Below, piece after piece: positions 10,486 to 23,400 of a stretch of DNA of 64,000 nt. The position numbers and the translations under genes were made by a program. Below the pieces are notes generated by a model. It worked only from the letters and a program-made list of their open reading frames with translations, was not told the DNA's origin and did not search any database. Source of the DNA: Takakia lepidozioides (taxonomy: Eukaryota; Plantae; Bryophyta); the NCBI GenBank assembly GCA_030704615.1, contig CM060732.1, forward strand, positions 11,098,001 to 11,162,000, given 5' to 3'. Each line of letters starts with the position of its first letter. The first letter of the stretch is position 1.

Positions 10486-13400
10486 AGAGAGCGACCCTCC
10501 CAGCCAACAGCCTGGAGGAGATCAGGCAAGGAGATAGGCAAAGTGTCAGGCAGAGGCGGAAGACGAGATGACGCGGAGCTAGCCACATCAGTCCGATGCA
10601 AAATAGAGATGGCTTGTGCTCTCTGCAAAGCAACTGAAACATGTTGTCGATAGTAGGCGACAAGGACGGAGGCATGTGGGATGCCAGTGGACCTGCTCTT
10701 GGCTGCATGATGTGCACATGTCCGCAGGAAATCGTCGAAGTGTCGGTGCAATGAGCCAAATATTTCGACCGCCAGTGGAAGAAATGTGTCGGTGGGGTGA
10801 CGATCGCTGTAGTCGCGCTCCTTGGCCTGGGCTGCTACAGTGGCTGTCGTGCCTGGTGTGGTAGCTGCGCGAGATAACAGATCCACTCGAGTGGGGTCGG
10901 CGAGAACGACATCTGCTAAGGTACGCAAACCATCTCTAGATAGGACGATGTCAACACGACGGCGTGTAGAGTGGGACGTGAGCGCGGGTCGTAGATGTAG
11001 TTGTTCACGCAGTACATGATACCCTGCCTCCCGAGCAATAGATGCTACCGCATTGCGAACCATATCATGAGACGTAGTGCGCTTACCACCACATGGACAG
11101 CGGAGGAGATGGATGACAAGGTCATCGATGGGTTGAAGACAGACGCAACGCTGAAGGCCCAATGTCGAAGGATGAGGCAAACCGAGTCGAAGGCGGAGCG
11201 CAATAGTGAAAATAGGGGATGAGAGTCAAAAATGTGTGATAGTGGGTCGTGCTGTCAACCATGCCCCTGCTCCAGGTCCTGCGCATGATAGAAGTCGGGC
11301 TCGATGCAACTCAGAAGAAGCACTTGAGAGCATGCCGGAAAAGGAATGACGGTGCACGCGCTCGGAAATGGACTCCTGAAGATGGTCGAGGCCTTGAGCA
11401 ACCTACTGCTCAAATGGTGGTAGACAGGCTCGCGCCGGTGCGGAAGAAGATCTCGTGTAGAGTGGAGATGCTCCTCGACAGCTGACGGGGCGGTAGTGAC
11501 AGTGGACAAAAGACCCACACCACCGAAAGAGACGGGCAAGGTGGCTTGCTGTCGTGGCAAAAGTCCCTGAGCACCCTCCAGAGCTCCTGGTCCTAACAAT
11601 CTCCCAAAGATAGTCATCATGGTAGTATCAAACCCAGATAAGAGGTGTAGGAAATCTGGGTTGGGTGGAACAGTGCGCAAGAGATATGAGGGATGCTGAA
11701 GGAAACATTTGGTCAAGATTCCATATGCTACCTGTATATCTCCGAGCCTAAGAAGGAGATCGGCGTGGGTGGCATCCTGGTGGAGTGCATCTTCCAAGAA
11801 TGACGTTGTGAACTGGGTGGCGCCAAAAGGGACTCCCAGGATTCTGATGCCATTGGGCGGAGCAATGAAGTGAGTAGGGGGGACAAAATCTGAAGGGAGA
11901 CCGGACGGAGATTACACCGCACATTTGCGAGGTTGCACTGAAAGGCCCACGGCAGAGAGTTGGGTGACAAAATGATAGTAAGCTGAAAGTACCTGTGAGG
12001 CAGGGCCTACAATATGCGTGTCGTCTACCACCGACGGAAAAAGACAAGATGAGTGAACTTGTGCAAAAGCCGTGAGGGCGCGGACATGAGCCATGGCAAA
12101 CAAAGGTCCTCCTAAAGGGTCGCCTTGGCAGGTCCCAACCTCGGTTCTGAATGATGGAGCACTCACCTAGGCGAGAATGATGACTGTAGTATAGGGGAGT
12201 GGTGGATGCATAGAATAATCGAACAAACGGAATGAGTTGGTGGAAATCTCCTCCAGCTGAACGGAGCTCCTGAAAGATAGCCGCTCGTAACACAGTGTTG
12301 AAAGCGTTGGTGACGTCGACTTGGAGAACCACCCAATCCGGATGAAGATCAAGAGCTGCACGAATCCCCTGAACCACCGCCTCGCAACCGCCTGGAGTGG
12401 CGACCCCGAACTGGTGCGGAAAGAGATGTCCGGAGAAGGCATCTCAAAACTGAAGACAAAGTGAGCGGCTGACAAGGTGGTAAAGAACCTCTCCAACTGC
12501 AATAGGGCGGATGCCAGTACCTGAGGGTTTGCTCATAGCCAACAATCTGGAGGCCCCAAGGAGACGGGCCACTGGGGCAGGGATACGGCCAGCAGCAATA
12601 AAGGAGCAAATCTGAAATAGCTGAGAGAAGCCACTAGCAGAGTCCTGTGGAGAGAAACAGTCGCGTAAGTGCCCATACAGGAGACCGGAAGGACCTGCCG
12701 CTGCAAGATGGGGACTGCGCGTGAAGGCCTGAGTGAAGACCGCCCGATCTAGCTTGAGATCCTGGTCTGGCTCGAAGTCCTCAACAAAAAGCGGCAGAAT
12801 ATCCTAAGCTGATGGGTGAAGGGCTTCGAGGGCAGTGACAGTATCCGGTGATGGAGGCGTTGGTGAGGAAGGTGCTAAAGCCTTGGCCGCACGTGAGTAC
12901 TCGCCAACGCGGCCTAACATGAGACTATGACGATGTTGCATGTGGGCCGATGAGGGTGGCTGCGTGGAGGAAGCAGGAGGGGCGCGTGCCGCAAGGGCTA
13001 GTGCCCGTAATTGATGCTCATCTTGCAGACTCTCCCAATCTCCAGATAAAAAACGGCAAAGACGGATGCGCGTCTTTCTGTGCCCTGACTGACCGCCACG
13101 AGGGGGCAAAACCAAACACCACTGAGGAAATAACAAGAAAAGATACCATGCTGGTATATCATCAGGATCACGAGCTAGCCTGTCTAAGGGTAGACGGAGT
13201 GCCAGTTGGACCTCATGACGTAGTGCCACCGGAATTCTTGTATAAAGACGAGGCCTTGGCAGACCTAGCTGAAATGCGCCCAGAACATCTAGCGCTGAAA
13301 GCCAATGCCAAGCAGAGGCAGGAGGTGGCGCGTGCAAGACACTGGGCTGAAATGGAGAAGTACCATTTGTGTGGGACTGATGAAGAGCCGCACACGTGCG

Positions 13401-14322
13401 CTGGTGTCGCGCAAGCCCTCTGATGCGCGCAAAAAGACGACCGCAAGCTGGGCATGGGGTACGGTCTGATGGGAGAGGCGCTGCTGTTGGGGGGGTAAGA
13501 GTGATGGGGTCGGCAATGCAGGTTGCACAACTGGAGAAGAAGGCACGTGGAGAGGCTCATGACCAAGAGGAGTTGGGCTGCCTTGAAGCCGCTGCCGAGA
13601 ATGGGATGGAGAACCTGGAGGAGAAGTGACTGGCGTTGGACCTCGAACCCTACCTGAGAGGCGCAGTGGGGGAGGCCTCAACAGACACTGTGGGAGTTCT
13701 TCGGTCGGTGGGGCGCCAATGGAAGAACCTGGAATCAGCGGTGGAGAAGACCGTTGTGAAGATGACGACTCTTCTTGAACTTGGTGTCTGGAGTTTGGAC
13801 TCTGGTGTGCATCAGGATCATGTGAGCTAAGGGTAGGGGTACGTTGGCGTTGGGGTCTTCCAAGAGGAGCAGGTCTTCCGGTAGGAGCAATTGCGGCTGT
13901 GTTCAGCACCTCTCGTTGCTCTGGGGAGCGAACTGCCAGGGATGGTGGAGTAGTAAAGGGGTTGTGGTGAGGGCTGGAGTTGGCGGAAGGTCAAATGAAA
14001 CACTTGAAAGCAAATTCATAGCTACCACGAGGGTGAAGAGAAACATCATACCTAAGCGCTTCTTGTGGAACGGACTCCCCGATTTGGAAAAGGGGAAGGG
14101 CCTGCGCAAGAAGCTACTGGTCTTGTGAAAGCACAATTTCCATCGATGTAACTCCAAAGCGGAGATCACCCTGCTGCACGAGCATCTATCTGTATACGTA
14201 GGTCCAATCCTCATGGACGTAGTTCTTACTTCATTCCTCTCCCTCTCTATGGTTGAATGATCTTGGGGTCGTTGAATGATCACGTGAATTATGTTGAGCT
14301 CGTCTTCATCTCTCTTACTCAA
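10345..14322 (-). mobile_element. Degenerate non-LTR retrotransposon with RT and restriction-like endonuclease (CRE-like clade)
   Basis: RT motifs QVDVTNAFNT, QGDPLGGPLF and VVDD. C-terminal C..C...HLLRC, RVDIV, ADVV, AKERDY and FLPLAVEIFG motifs are typical of RLE elements. Many frameshifts; the 5' boundary is uncertain. Confidence 0.8.
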
Positions 14323-15063
14323 ATGGGTTCGTTTGTAATCCAGCGGCTGCTGCCACGCTTGACTCGTCTACCAACTTCTGGCACTCTATCATTTGTTGCA
14401 CATGACCATAGCCAGCAGTGCCGGTATCCGCAATTGCAGTCATTGGAATTGTCTAGCACGGACGAGGAGAGCTGCAAGAGATCCTGGGCCGGACCTTCAT
14501 CATGGCTGGCAGACTCTGAAGGGAGTGCTGGGGGAAAAGAATCCTTTGTCAGATTCTGCGCAAGTCAAGTCGGATACTGCCCAAGTCGAGTCTGTAGCTC
14601 AGCCATCAAACCATCCGTTTGTCCTCACCAGGAATTTGCAACCACTCATAGCTGCCGGAATTTGGTTGAAGTCTACTTACTCTTACGACAAATTTGGTAT
14701 TACTCATTGAAGCACTGTGTATACATCCTTCCTTAACTTAAAAGTCTTTGTCAAGTTTTAACCTCAAGGCCTCCGGATGCAAAACACTTTGCTGAGGAGC
14801 TAAGAAAAGCACGCCGATTTGGGAAGGTGAGGACATCTGTACGCGCCCAAGGGCCCTCTGGGCCTGCTGTGGATACAGTGATTTATTTTTCCCTTCTATC
14901 TCTGTCTCTGTCCCTCTCTGTGTCCTCCTTCGTCCCAGAAAAGTTGGTGTGGGGGATGGAGGCCACGGCTAGCAAGGCCTCCGATAGTAACTGCTTGACA
15001 GCCAATTGTGGTGCAAATGTACTCTGAGCTTCTTTTCAGCCTTTAATGATCACACCTTGCTTT

Positions 15064-15067
15064 AGAG

Positions 15068-15123
<56 letters not shown>
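15064..15123. repeat. (GA)n microsatellite
   Basis: About 29 AG units read directly. Confidence 0.97.
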
Positions 15124-15126
<3 letters not shown>

Positions 15127-15478
15127 ATTCTACACTACACCCGGGTCAAAATTAAAGTTGTGAAAGGTCTATGCTTAAGCAATAGGGCTACTTACGAAAG
15201 TCAGAAGCTGGTGAAATTTTCATCGGCTTGTAGTTCTTGCACACAGGTTGAGAAAACAGCAAAGACCCACTATAGCTGAAGTTCTCCTCAGATTCTTAAG
15301 TGTTGGGACAAAAGGTTTGATAAGGTGCAGTCCCTGCATGCAGGTCAAGCTAAGAAACTCTGGCAGGAGTCCTCCTTAGATCCCACACAGTGGTTGGAGA
15401 AAAGGTTTGATAAGGTGAGCGTGATTTGTTTAGGACGTGAAAGAGTATGTTGGGAAATGAAGCCAGCATCATGCTGTC

Positions 15479-17397
15479 TTGTGGACTGGACTTACAACAT
15501 TGAAATTTTCCTCTTCACTCATGAAAAAGCAGCGAATGTGGTCCTTTTTGTTCCTATCAGGAGATTGTTTGAGGTTGGTCCCTGTTATGTCAAGGATGCT
15601 TGGAACTCTTGGTGATTCTAGTGTGGGCTGTTCAGCTATCCACTTGTGGTTTTCACAGGATAGTCCAAACTTCAGTCATAAGGGCACCGGTGAGGCCCTG
15701 TGGGTGGAGGGTTGGTCGGAACCTCAGGGTGTGACAGCACCTCTAGCTGACATGAGACAGGGTCGAGCACAAACTGGTGATGGTGTCAACGAGAACTCCT
15801 CTGGCACTTGTGAGGATGTGAGGATATTATGCAGGGCAGGGCAACTGAAAGATGCATTGCACATTCTGAACAAACAAGGCATTTGGGCAGATTCAAGTAC
15901 TTACGTCTGTCTCTTGCGGGAGTGCATGAAAATCAGGAACCTTGAAATGGGAAAGCAGGTGCACAACCACATCATCCAAAGTGGATTCAAGCCATATGCA
16001 TTTCTATTCAACACCCTTGTTAACATGTATGCCAGCTGTGGGAGTATGGTAGATGCATGCCGAGTGTTTGAAACAATGCCTGACCGCAACATCTTTGTGT
16101 GGAATATCATGATAGCAGGATATGCCAAGCATGGGGGTGGCAGGGAGGCCCTCAAGATTTATCAGCAGATGATACGGGGAGGGGTGAAACCAGACAATGT
16201 CACGTTCACTTGCATTCTCATGGCATGTGCAAGTCTGTCAGCTCTGGAAGAGGGCAAAGAGGTCCATGCTGACATCATCAAAGCGGCAATTGCACCAGAT
16301 GCATTCTGGAGACTGCTCTTGCTGCCATGTATGCCAAATGTGGCGCCATGAAGGATGCACATCAAGTGTTTGACAATATGGCTCACAGGAATGTTGTCTC
16401 ATGGAGTGCGATTATTTCAGGATATACTCAGCACGGGTGTGGTGTGGAGGCTCTCAAGATCTATGAGCAAATGATACAGGCAGAGGTGAAGCCCAACGAG
16501 GTCACATTCACTTGTGTTCTCAATGCTTGTGCCAGCTTGGCAGCTCTGAAAAAGGGCAGAGAGGTACATGCCGACATCATCAAAGCTGGAACTGCTCCAG
16601 GTATCATTCTGGAAACTGCCCTTGTCAACATGTATGCGAAATGTGGGAACATGAAGGTTGCACATCAAGTGTTCGACAATATGGCTACGCGAGATGTCGT
16701 AGCATGGAGTGCCTTGATTGCAGGATATGCTCAGCATGGGTGTGTTAGGGAGGCTTTTGAGATCTATGAACAAATGATGCGGGAAGGGGTGAGGCCTGAC
16801 AAGGTCACATTCATATGCGTTCTCAATGTTTGTGCCAGCCTGCAAGCTCTGGAAAAGGGCAAATTGGTCCATGCTGACATCACAAAAGTTGGAATTCTGC
16901 AAGATACCATCCTGGAGACTGCCCTTGTCGACATGTATGGCAAATGTGGGAACATGAAGGATGCGCGTCAAGTGTTCGACAATATGGCTAAGCGAGATGT
17001 GGTTTCATGGAGTGCTATGATCACAGGATATGGTCAGCATGGGTGTGGGAGGGAGGCCCTGCAACTATTTGAACAAATGCAACAGGAAGGCTTAAAGCCA
17101 GACAGCACCACCCTTACATGTGTTCTCTCTGCATGTAGCCATGTGGGCCTTGTCGATGAAGGCCAGCACTACTTCGATTCCATGATTGGAGATCATGGCC
17201 TCAGTCCGACTGCAGAACATTTCGGATGCATGGTGGACCTTCTTGGCCGTGCAGGGCAATTGATTGAGGCAGAGGAATTAATCAACAAAATGCCAATCAC
17301 ACCAGGTGTTGAGGTGTGGGGAGCCTTGCTCAGTGCCTGCAGAAATCATGACAATGTGGAGATAGCGGAACGTGCCATAAAATGCCTTCTTAAATGA
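15479..17397 (+). pseudogene. PLS-class pentatricopeptide repeat protein (RNA-editing-factor type) with truncated E domain
   Basis: Repeated P-L-S triplets (LVNMYAKCG...A.QVFDNM..RDVVSWSAMI.GY.QHG) and CMVDLLGRAG / WGALLSACRNH. One-base frameshift near 16305; stop in CLLK*DP. The true start is uncertain. Confidence 0.88.
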
Positions 17398-20300
17398 GAT
17401 CCACAGTACACAGGCCAAGAGGTCCAACTCTACCAGCACTGTGTACTGCCCAATTGAATGTGGGAAGCTCTTCATACTAGACCATTGAGAAAGGCTTGTC
17501 CTTTCAAGCTCTCATGTCCCCAATAGCCTCTTGCAGACTGCCAACCCGATCCACACCCAAGATTTTGTAGTCTTCCAGCTCTATCTGGTAGCCAACAAAC
17601 TGGGGTAGGCTCATCATTTGTCCATGGATCCCCCCCCACGAGTGCAGATTCGTCCAGCTCTATCAGTTACACAACCGACCGAGCTGGGCTCTTTGTACAG
17701 AAACACTCAGCATTTTGAGGCTTCTCAGGTCATTGATACGCTCCAGCATGCTCTCAACCGATGGACAACTTGTGAGGTCTTGCACAATCACCTCCACCAC
17801 TCGTGGAATGTGTATGCTATGCTCAAAAGACTCAGTCTCCCACTGCCTCTCAAGGGTCTGGTGGGGTCTCCGCTGATTGACACTACAGTAGGTCTAGCAT
17901 GAGAAGCGCTCTCAAATGCCCGTCAAATGTTGTCTAAGGCTTTTCATACTCGTGACAGAGACTCAGTTGGTCCTGAAGCCTCTCACCTCCCCAATAGGTA
18001 CTGGCATGCTCTCAATGTTTCCAGATTGCACGAGGTCTAAGTCACTCACAACTGATCTCTTGTAAGCTCTTCATGCATGTCCACTGAGAAAGAGTCAGGA
18101 TGCCCTCTCAATATTTTAAAGGAGGCTGTCCGTTTTTCAGGTGGAATCCGTTCAACCTCTTCCAGTCCTCAACTACTCGATGGAATGTCCTGGGCTCTCT
18201 ATGCTTTGTAGCGAAAAATTAAGCATTCTTGGCATACTCAACTGCCAAACTCTCAAATGGATCACACAACCGAAAGGTGACATCCCTAAAGCTTATGGTG
18301 AGCTCTTTCAGTGCTCTCAGCTGCTAAGTAGAAAGAGAGCATAAACAAGTGCTGCCATGGTATATCTCTATCTGCCCGAGTGGAATGTGAGAGAAAAAGT
18401 TGGAGGAGGTAATTGATCATATTTGTGTCGATTGGACAAGACAGGGAGACAGAGTGTGAGGAAATGAAAGGATGACGCCTCCCGAAGGATTCGTAAATTA
18501 TGGTGTGAGGAAATAAGTTGTGTTGGAGGTGTTGAAGCTCACACCTTGATAGATGAAGGGAAAGATATTTGCATAGTAAACTGTCACAATGGTTTCACAT
18601 AAAAGGGACAACCATCAGCTTTCGCCGAAAACTGTGCACACAAAGCATAGGACTTGGCCATGTTTTGCTGTCAAATGGAGCGGTCTTCGGGTGAAGTTAC
18701 CGCTGAAAGCTGTGCCTAAACTCTGGTAAAAGTCTTCAAAATCTTCCAACCATGGCAGATCTGCCCTAACTCTCAGACAGTTCTCAATCCATTTCTCAAG
18801 GTTCGGCTTGCAGCCAAAAACAGGCTTGGGGAAATGTAAGGACCCAAATCAAGAAAAGACCCTAGCAGAATCGATTCCATGTTATGGAGGGCACGCACGC
18901 TCTTCAGGACGCAGTGGAGAAGTTTGGGCAAGAAGACGGCCCTAAAGTCGTCAATAGAGGGCCCTAAATCCTAAAGCCGCTTGTTGTCAGTCTGTAACAT
19001 CCTGGTGGTTGGGGTATGTGTCATCCTCTCACAATGGTGGTATGCCACCCTAAAAATCTGGGATGTAGGTGGAAGGAGTCAGGATTTCGTTGTTCATGCG
19101 CCCGAGACTGAGAGTTTCCAAGACTCCGTCAAAAAATTTAGATTGTCCATGCGAAGTTTGATTTAGATTTTGCACTACTTTCCGCCCGAGAATGTCCTAG
19201 ATTGATAGTTCTTGCGTTTTTCGGAAAGCAATTTGTTGCCAGGACTATCTCCAAGGTCTGATGTGGTGATGGTGGAGTAACAGCATGTAGGCGAACGCAA
19301 GTTAGGTTCGCAAATTTTTTCTTCCAAGCCAATTGCCACCTTGCAGGTGGAAGTCATGATGAAGGGCTACAAACATCGGCATGTACCATCCCTCTACCCG
19401 CTGGACACCCTCTCTCCTTCAGATCCTGACTGCAGGTCAAAAATTCCAGCTTTTAAGTGGACTACGAATGCTAAGGTACACAGTCTTTGCAGTCTCTCTA
19501 AGCGATTGGCATCCGCGTAAGTAGTTGTATGAAACCTGGAGGATGTGTACACGTATTGAGTGAAGAGAACCTTACATTTTTGGGAGTCGGGAATGACCTA
19601 AGATTGGAATTGCTACCCTCAGGTCACTGACTTATACATACATTGCAACCAGTTAGAAATTTTGATCAAATGAGTGTGTAAACATGTCATTCCTGATATC
19701 ATGCTCTTCTCTGGGAGGCAGCCTTCATTCTTCTGATTGATGAAATTAACTGTGATAGTTCCAAACTTTTCCATTTAGCTCTTGTGGCAGCACCTTAGAT
19801 GGTTCCATCTTGAATGCCATGTTAGATGCAAGCCAGTCACCAGAGCCTTCAACACCTTCTGTTCCTTGCTTGCAATGGCCTTGTCAAATTGTATTCGATT
19901 ACCATATTGCAAAATACTTCGTCAATGTCATTCTACTGCATTGATTAGTGGACAGAAGTTCTGTTTTGAAATCATCATTCCTCAAGCGTAGCCTTCTCTT
20001 TCTAAGGGAGCTGGCTCAAATTTTCAACATATGTTCGATCTTATGACAACCCAGATGGGCAACAATTCTAGGATCTCCATGATGCATTATAAGGCCCGTG
20101 AAAGCCAGGCATAATTACCTCTGCAAAGTTCTAGCAAAGACTTTTTCGTGACCAATGTGGGGTGGCAGATAATCATCTTTATTCTAGAGAAACACAGCAT
20201 TTAGTAAGTTTCATGACATCTAACAACTAATTCTTTGGTGAGAACTGAGTGGGTAAACAAGAGTCGCATTTGTGCATAGGCTTTTAACCCAAGGGAGTTT

Positions 20301-20422
20301 TTATCTCTTCAAAAGCTTTTTGAGGTTCTTCATCATGTTCAGAAAAACTTCTCTCTAATTGCTTCGCAGGCGATCTCTAATGTTTTCACTCCCTTCTCAG
20401 GCTCTCTCGGCGGGGTAGGGCA

Positions 20423-23400
20423 TTAATGCATTTGTTTCAGTACAAATTTCTGATTAAGTTCGCTTTTAGGTGCAGTTGCTGTTCCCATAGCACTCCTTGG
20501 CTTGGGTGTGCAGTTGTCCAACATTTGCTGGAGTGTGGCTGCAAGAACACTTCGATACCCGGCACAATTGCGATAGAGTGGACAGTGCTTAAAGCAAGTT
20601 TTAAAGTAGAGCTCGTTCAAAGGATTGACCCCATGGCCACAGTTGCAGAGAGCGGGAATATGCAGACCTGACTGCTGCATCTTCTGTAGCCGCATTGCTC
20701 GCAAGGCTGATTGATACCTGCACACACGTTCACGTAACTATACAGAGATCCGAGTTTTTTTATCTCTGGGGAGGTGCTGCCTCATCTTTTTAGAATAGCC
20801 TTACAACCTTGAACGTTCTTATCATCTCCCAAAAAGTATTTTGAAGATTTCAAGATACACATGACAAGTGTTTATAAGTAGCAGAGAGATGAACCTTGTA
20901 GTAGTAATAGTAGTAGTAAGTTAGTAGGAATATTGCGAAACAACCAGTCAATGAGTTGCGAATGCAGGATGGTTCTGAGCTTCGAAAACTTTTCATATTG
21001 CAAAGACGGAAATGTAAAGCCATGCCAGACTGCATACAAGCAAAGAACCATTTCATCATCAATAACCATTGACCACCATTGTCAAGCTAGCAGAAACAAA
21101 GCAATGCACACTGATTAAAACAAGAATAGTCAGACAAATGATGGCATGTCATAGCAACATGCAGATCCATCTCTGGTCCACCTTCATAGGATTAAATGGA
21201 GTTATGGGTCTGCAGGAATATGACCTTGTTTTCTCCAGAGCAGCACTGTGGAGAACCTTGTCTTGTCTCTTAGCCCTCTACAGAGTATAATATACATCCA
21301 TACACACAGAAACTTGATATGAGTAGAGTGACCAAGTACCAGTGTGTACACCTCTCATTGTTGATATGCATTTCTCATTTCTTTTCTGTACTTCCTTTTC
21401 TTGGTCCTCAGGTGCAAGTTTCTGCGGTTAGGAGTGCAATTTACAAGTATCTAACCTGTCCAATGTCCACAAGTGAATTTCTCTTCTAGATATTGTAAAA
21501 CTCCTTCCTTCTTTCTTCTTTTCTTTCTCCAGTGGGCAGACTAGTGTTCTCCTTTTTTTCTTCTCTCATTGAACCTAGTTTGAATGTGCTCAGCAACTAG
21601 TTATAACTTTCGCAAGGAGAGGGAGACCCATGAGGTAGGAAACTTTCTAATTGACTGATTTGGACAAGGTCCTTCTGGCAAATAGAGCTTACAGACTCTG
21701 GAATTCTCAAAACACGCGAGGGAGGATACCAACATGGAGTGATAGTCACCGAGAAATATCTCAAGAGCTCATCCATCCCATCCTAATGGCTTGATTGGAG
21801 GTGGAGAATGGAAAGAAATAATTAAAACGAAATAGAACTAACCATATGTGCCATAACATCCACCTGCTTCTGCACTGCTTTCGACTGTTTTTGAAGTGCT
21901 TTTTGCAAGCGTAATGCTTCATCTGCCTTCCTCTCCTTGCTCAGCTGCTCCAACCTGCCATCCCAAGCATCCTTGACTGCCACCACCCAATGTAGTTTTA
22001 CTCGACTACTATGAAGCTCAGATGTCAGTCACAAATCCCCAGTTTTGTAGATGCTACAACCACTGTCATCTGCGGCTTGTCCTTCAGAATTCATAGAAAC
22101 AGTCAGGAGTATGAGCCTTGTTTACCTGGGGAGGTTGAGCCTCTCTTTGGATGCGGAAGTTTTGTTTTAGAAAACAAAGTGTCACGAGAAGTGTTGTCAA
22201 GCATTGCTGCAGAGATGGCATTGCAGGGCAGATTCTGGAGAATCCTCCCCCCTTGCCCCTCCCACTTTCTCACGTGGTATCCACCCCGGTCTTTACATAC
22301 TAGATCCACACCTCCACAGAGCTCATGAAACATGTTGCTACTACTCAAACTACATCATTTCTTTCCATTGTGAGGAGCCTAGGATTAAATATCTCTAAGC
22401 TACCATAAAGTGACTTCCTCATTCAATCTAGCAGATGTAAAGGAGAGTTAGTCTTGACCGCCGTCTTCGTAAGTCATGAAGTCGGTGCACTCGTTCACGG
22501 ACAACCTGGCGCTCCACTTGCATTGCACATTTCCAGACATCTGAGAAGTATTGTTTGACCTACACCCCACAGTGGACTCATCGGTCACCACATATCTGCA
22601 TGCCTTGCCCCCCTCTGAAACATAACTGATAGCCAAACTGACTCACTCAGGCCAGGAGAGGCAAAAAAATTGTGCAAGAAAAATGTAAAGACATACAGAT
22701 GCCATGGAGGCAGAGGATGCCACAACACAGACAAGAGCAATTACTCGAACACAAAGGCATCAAGGTACCTGTCCTCTTTCTTCATACTCATCCCTGCTTC
22801 GCAAGATAACAACGCCGATCGGGCAAGCTTTAACACCTTCCCGAGGATCCCTTCCCCCACGAAAGACATCATCACGGGTGTTTTGGGAACCAGCCCTCTT
22901 CAAGCTGCGTAGCTTCCTGAGATGCTGGGGAGCATGGCAAGCGTCCTCTGGCAATGACCATTCACTCGACTGCCCCATTGAGACTGTTTTTATTTTTGAG
23001 CCAAAGAACTGATACAGGTATTATTTTATTTTCTATGGTTTCCCCACTCCCTGGCTACTTCTCAGCTCAGTTAATCCAACTCGGTTTCTAGGCATATCCA
23101 GTGCAAAATGTTGTTGTGATCCTGTAACATTCATACTACATCCATGCCCTAAATACAGAATCTCCTCATATTTTTATCATATTTAGTCTGTCTCTCTTTG
23201 CAGTGGTTTGGACCTTTGTCACAGATGATGTCCAGTAGCTTACCCTCCTTTCCAAGAATGTTCCTTCGATCTTCCCTTGTTCCTAGTGAACTTCTGAAAT
23301 GACTTCGTACAAACAGGTCTGTAAAATTCTACTCTTACTAGCACAGGTTAGTGTATAACTGAAATTACTTCACACCACTTTTTAGAATGAAATTGTTCAG

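Noticed and set aside
17400-20400. Short ORFs downstream of the PPR gene
   Set aside because: No DYW domain or other recognisable motif was seen.
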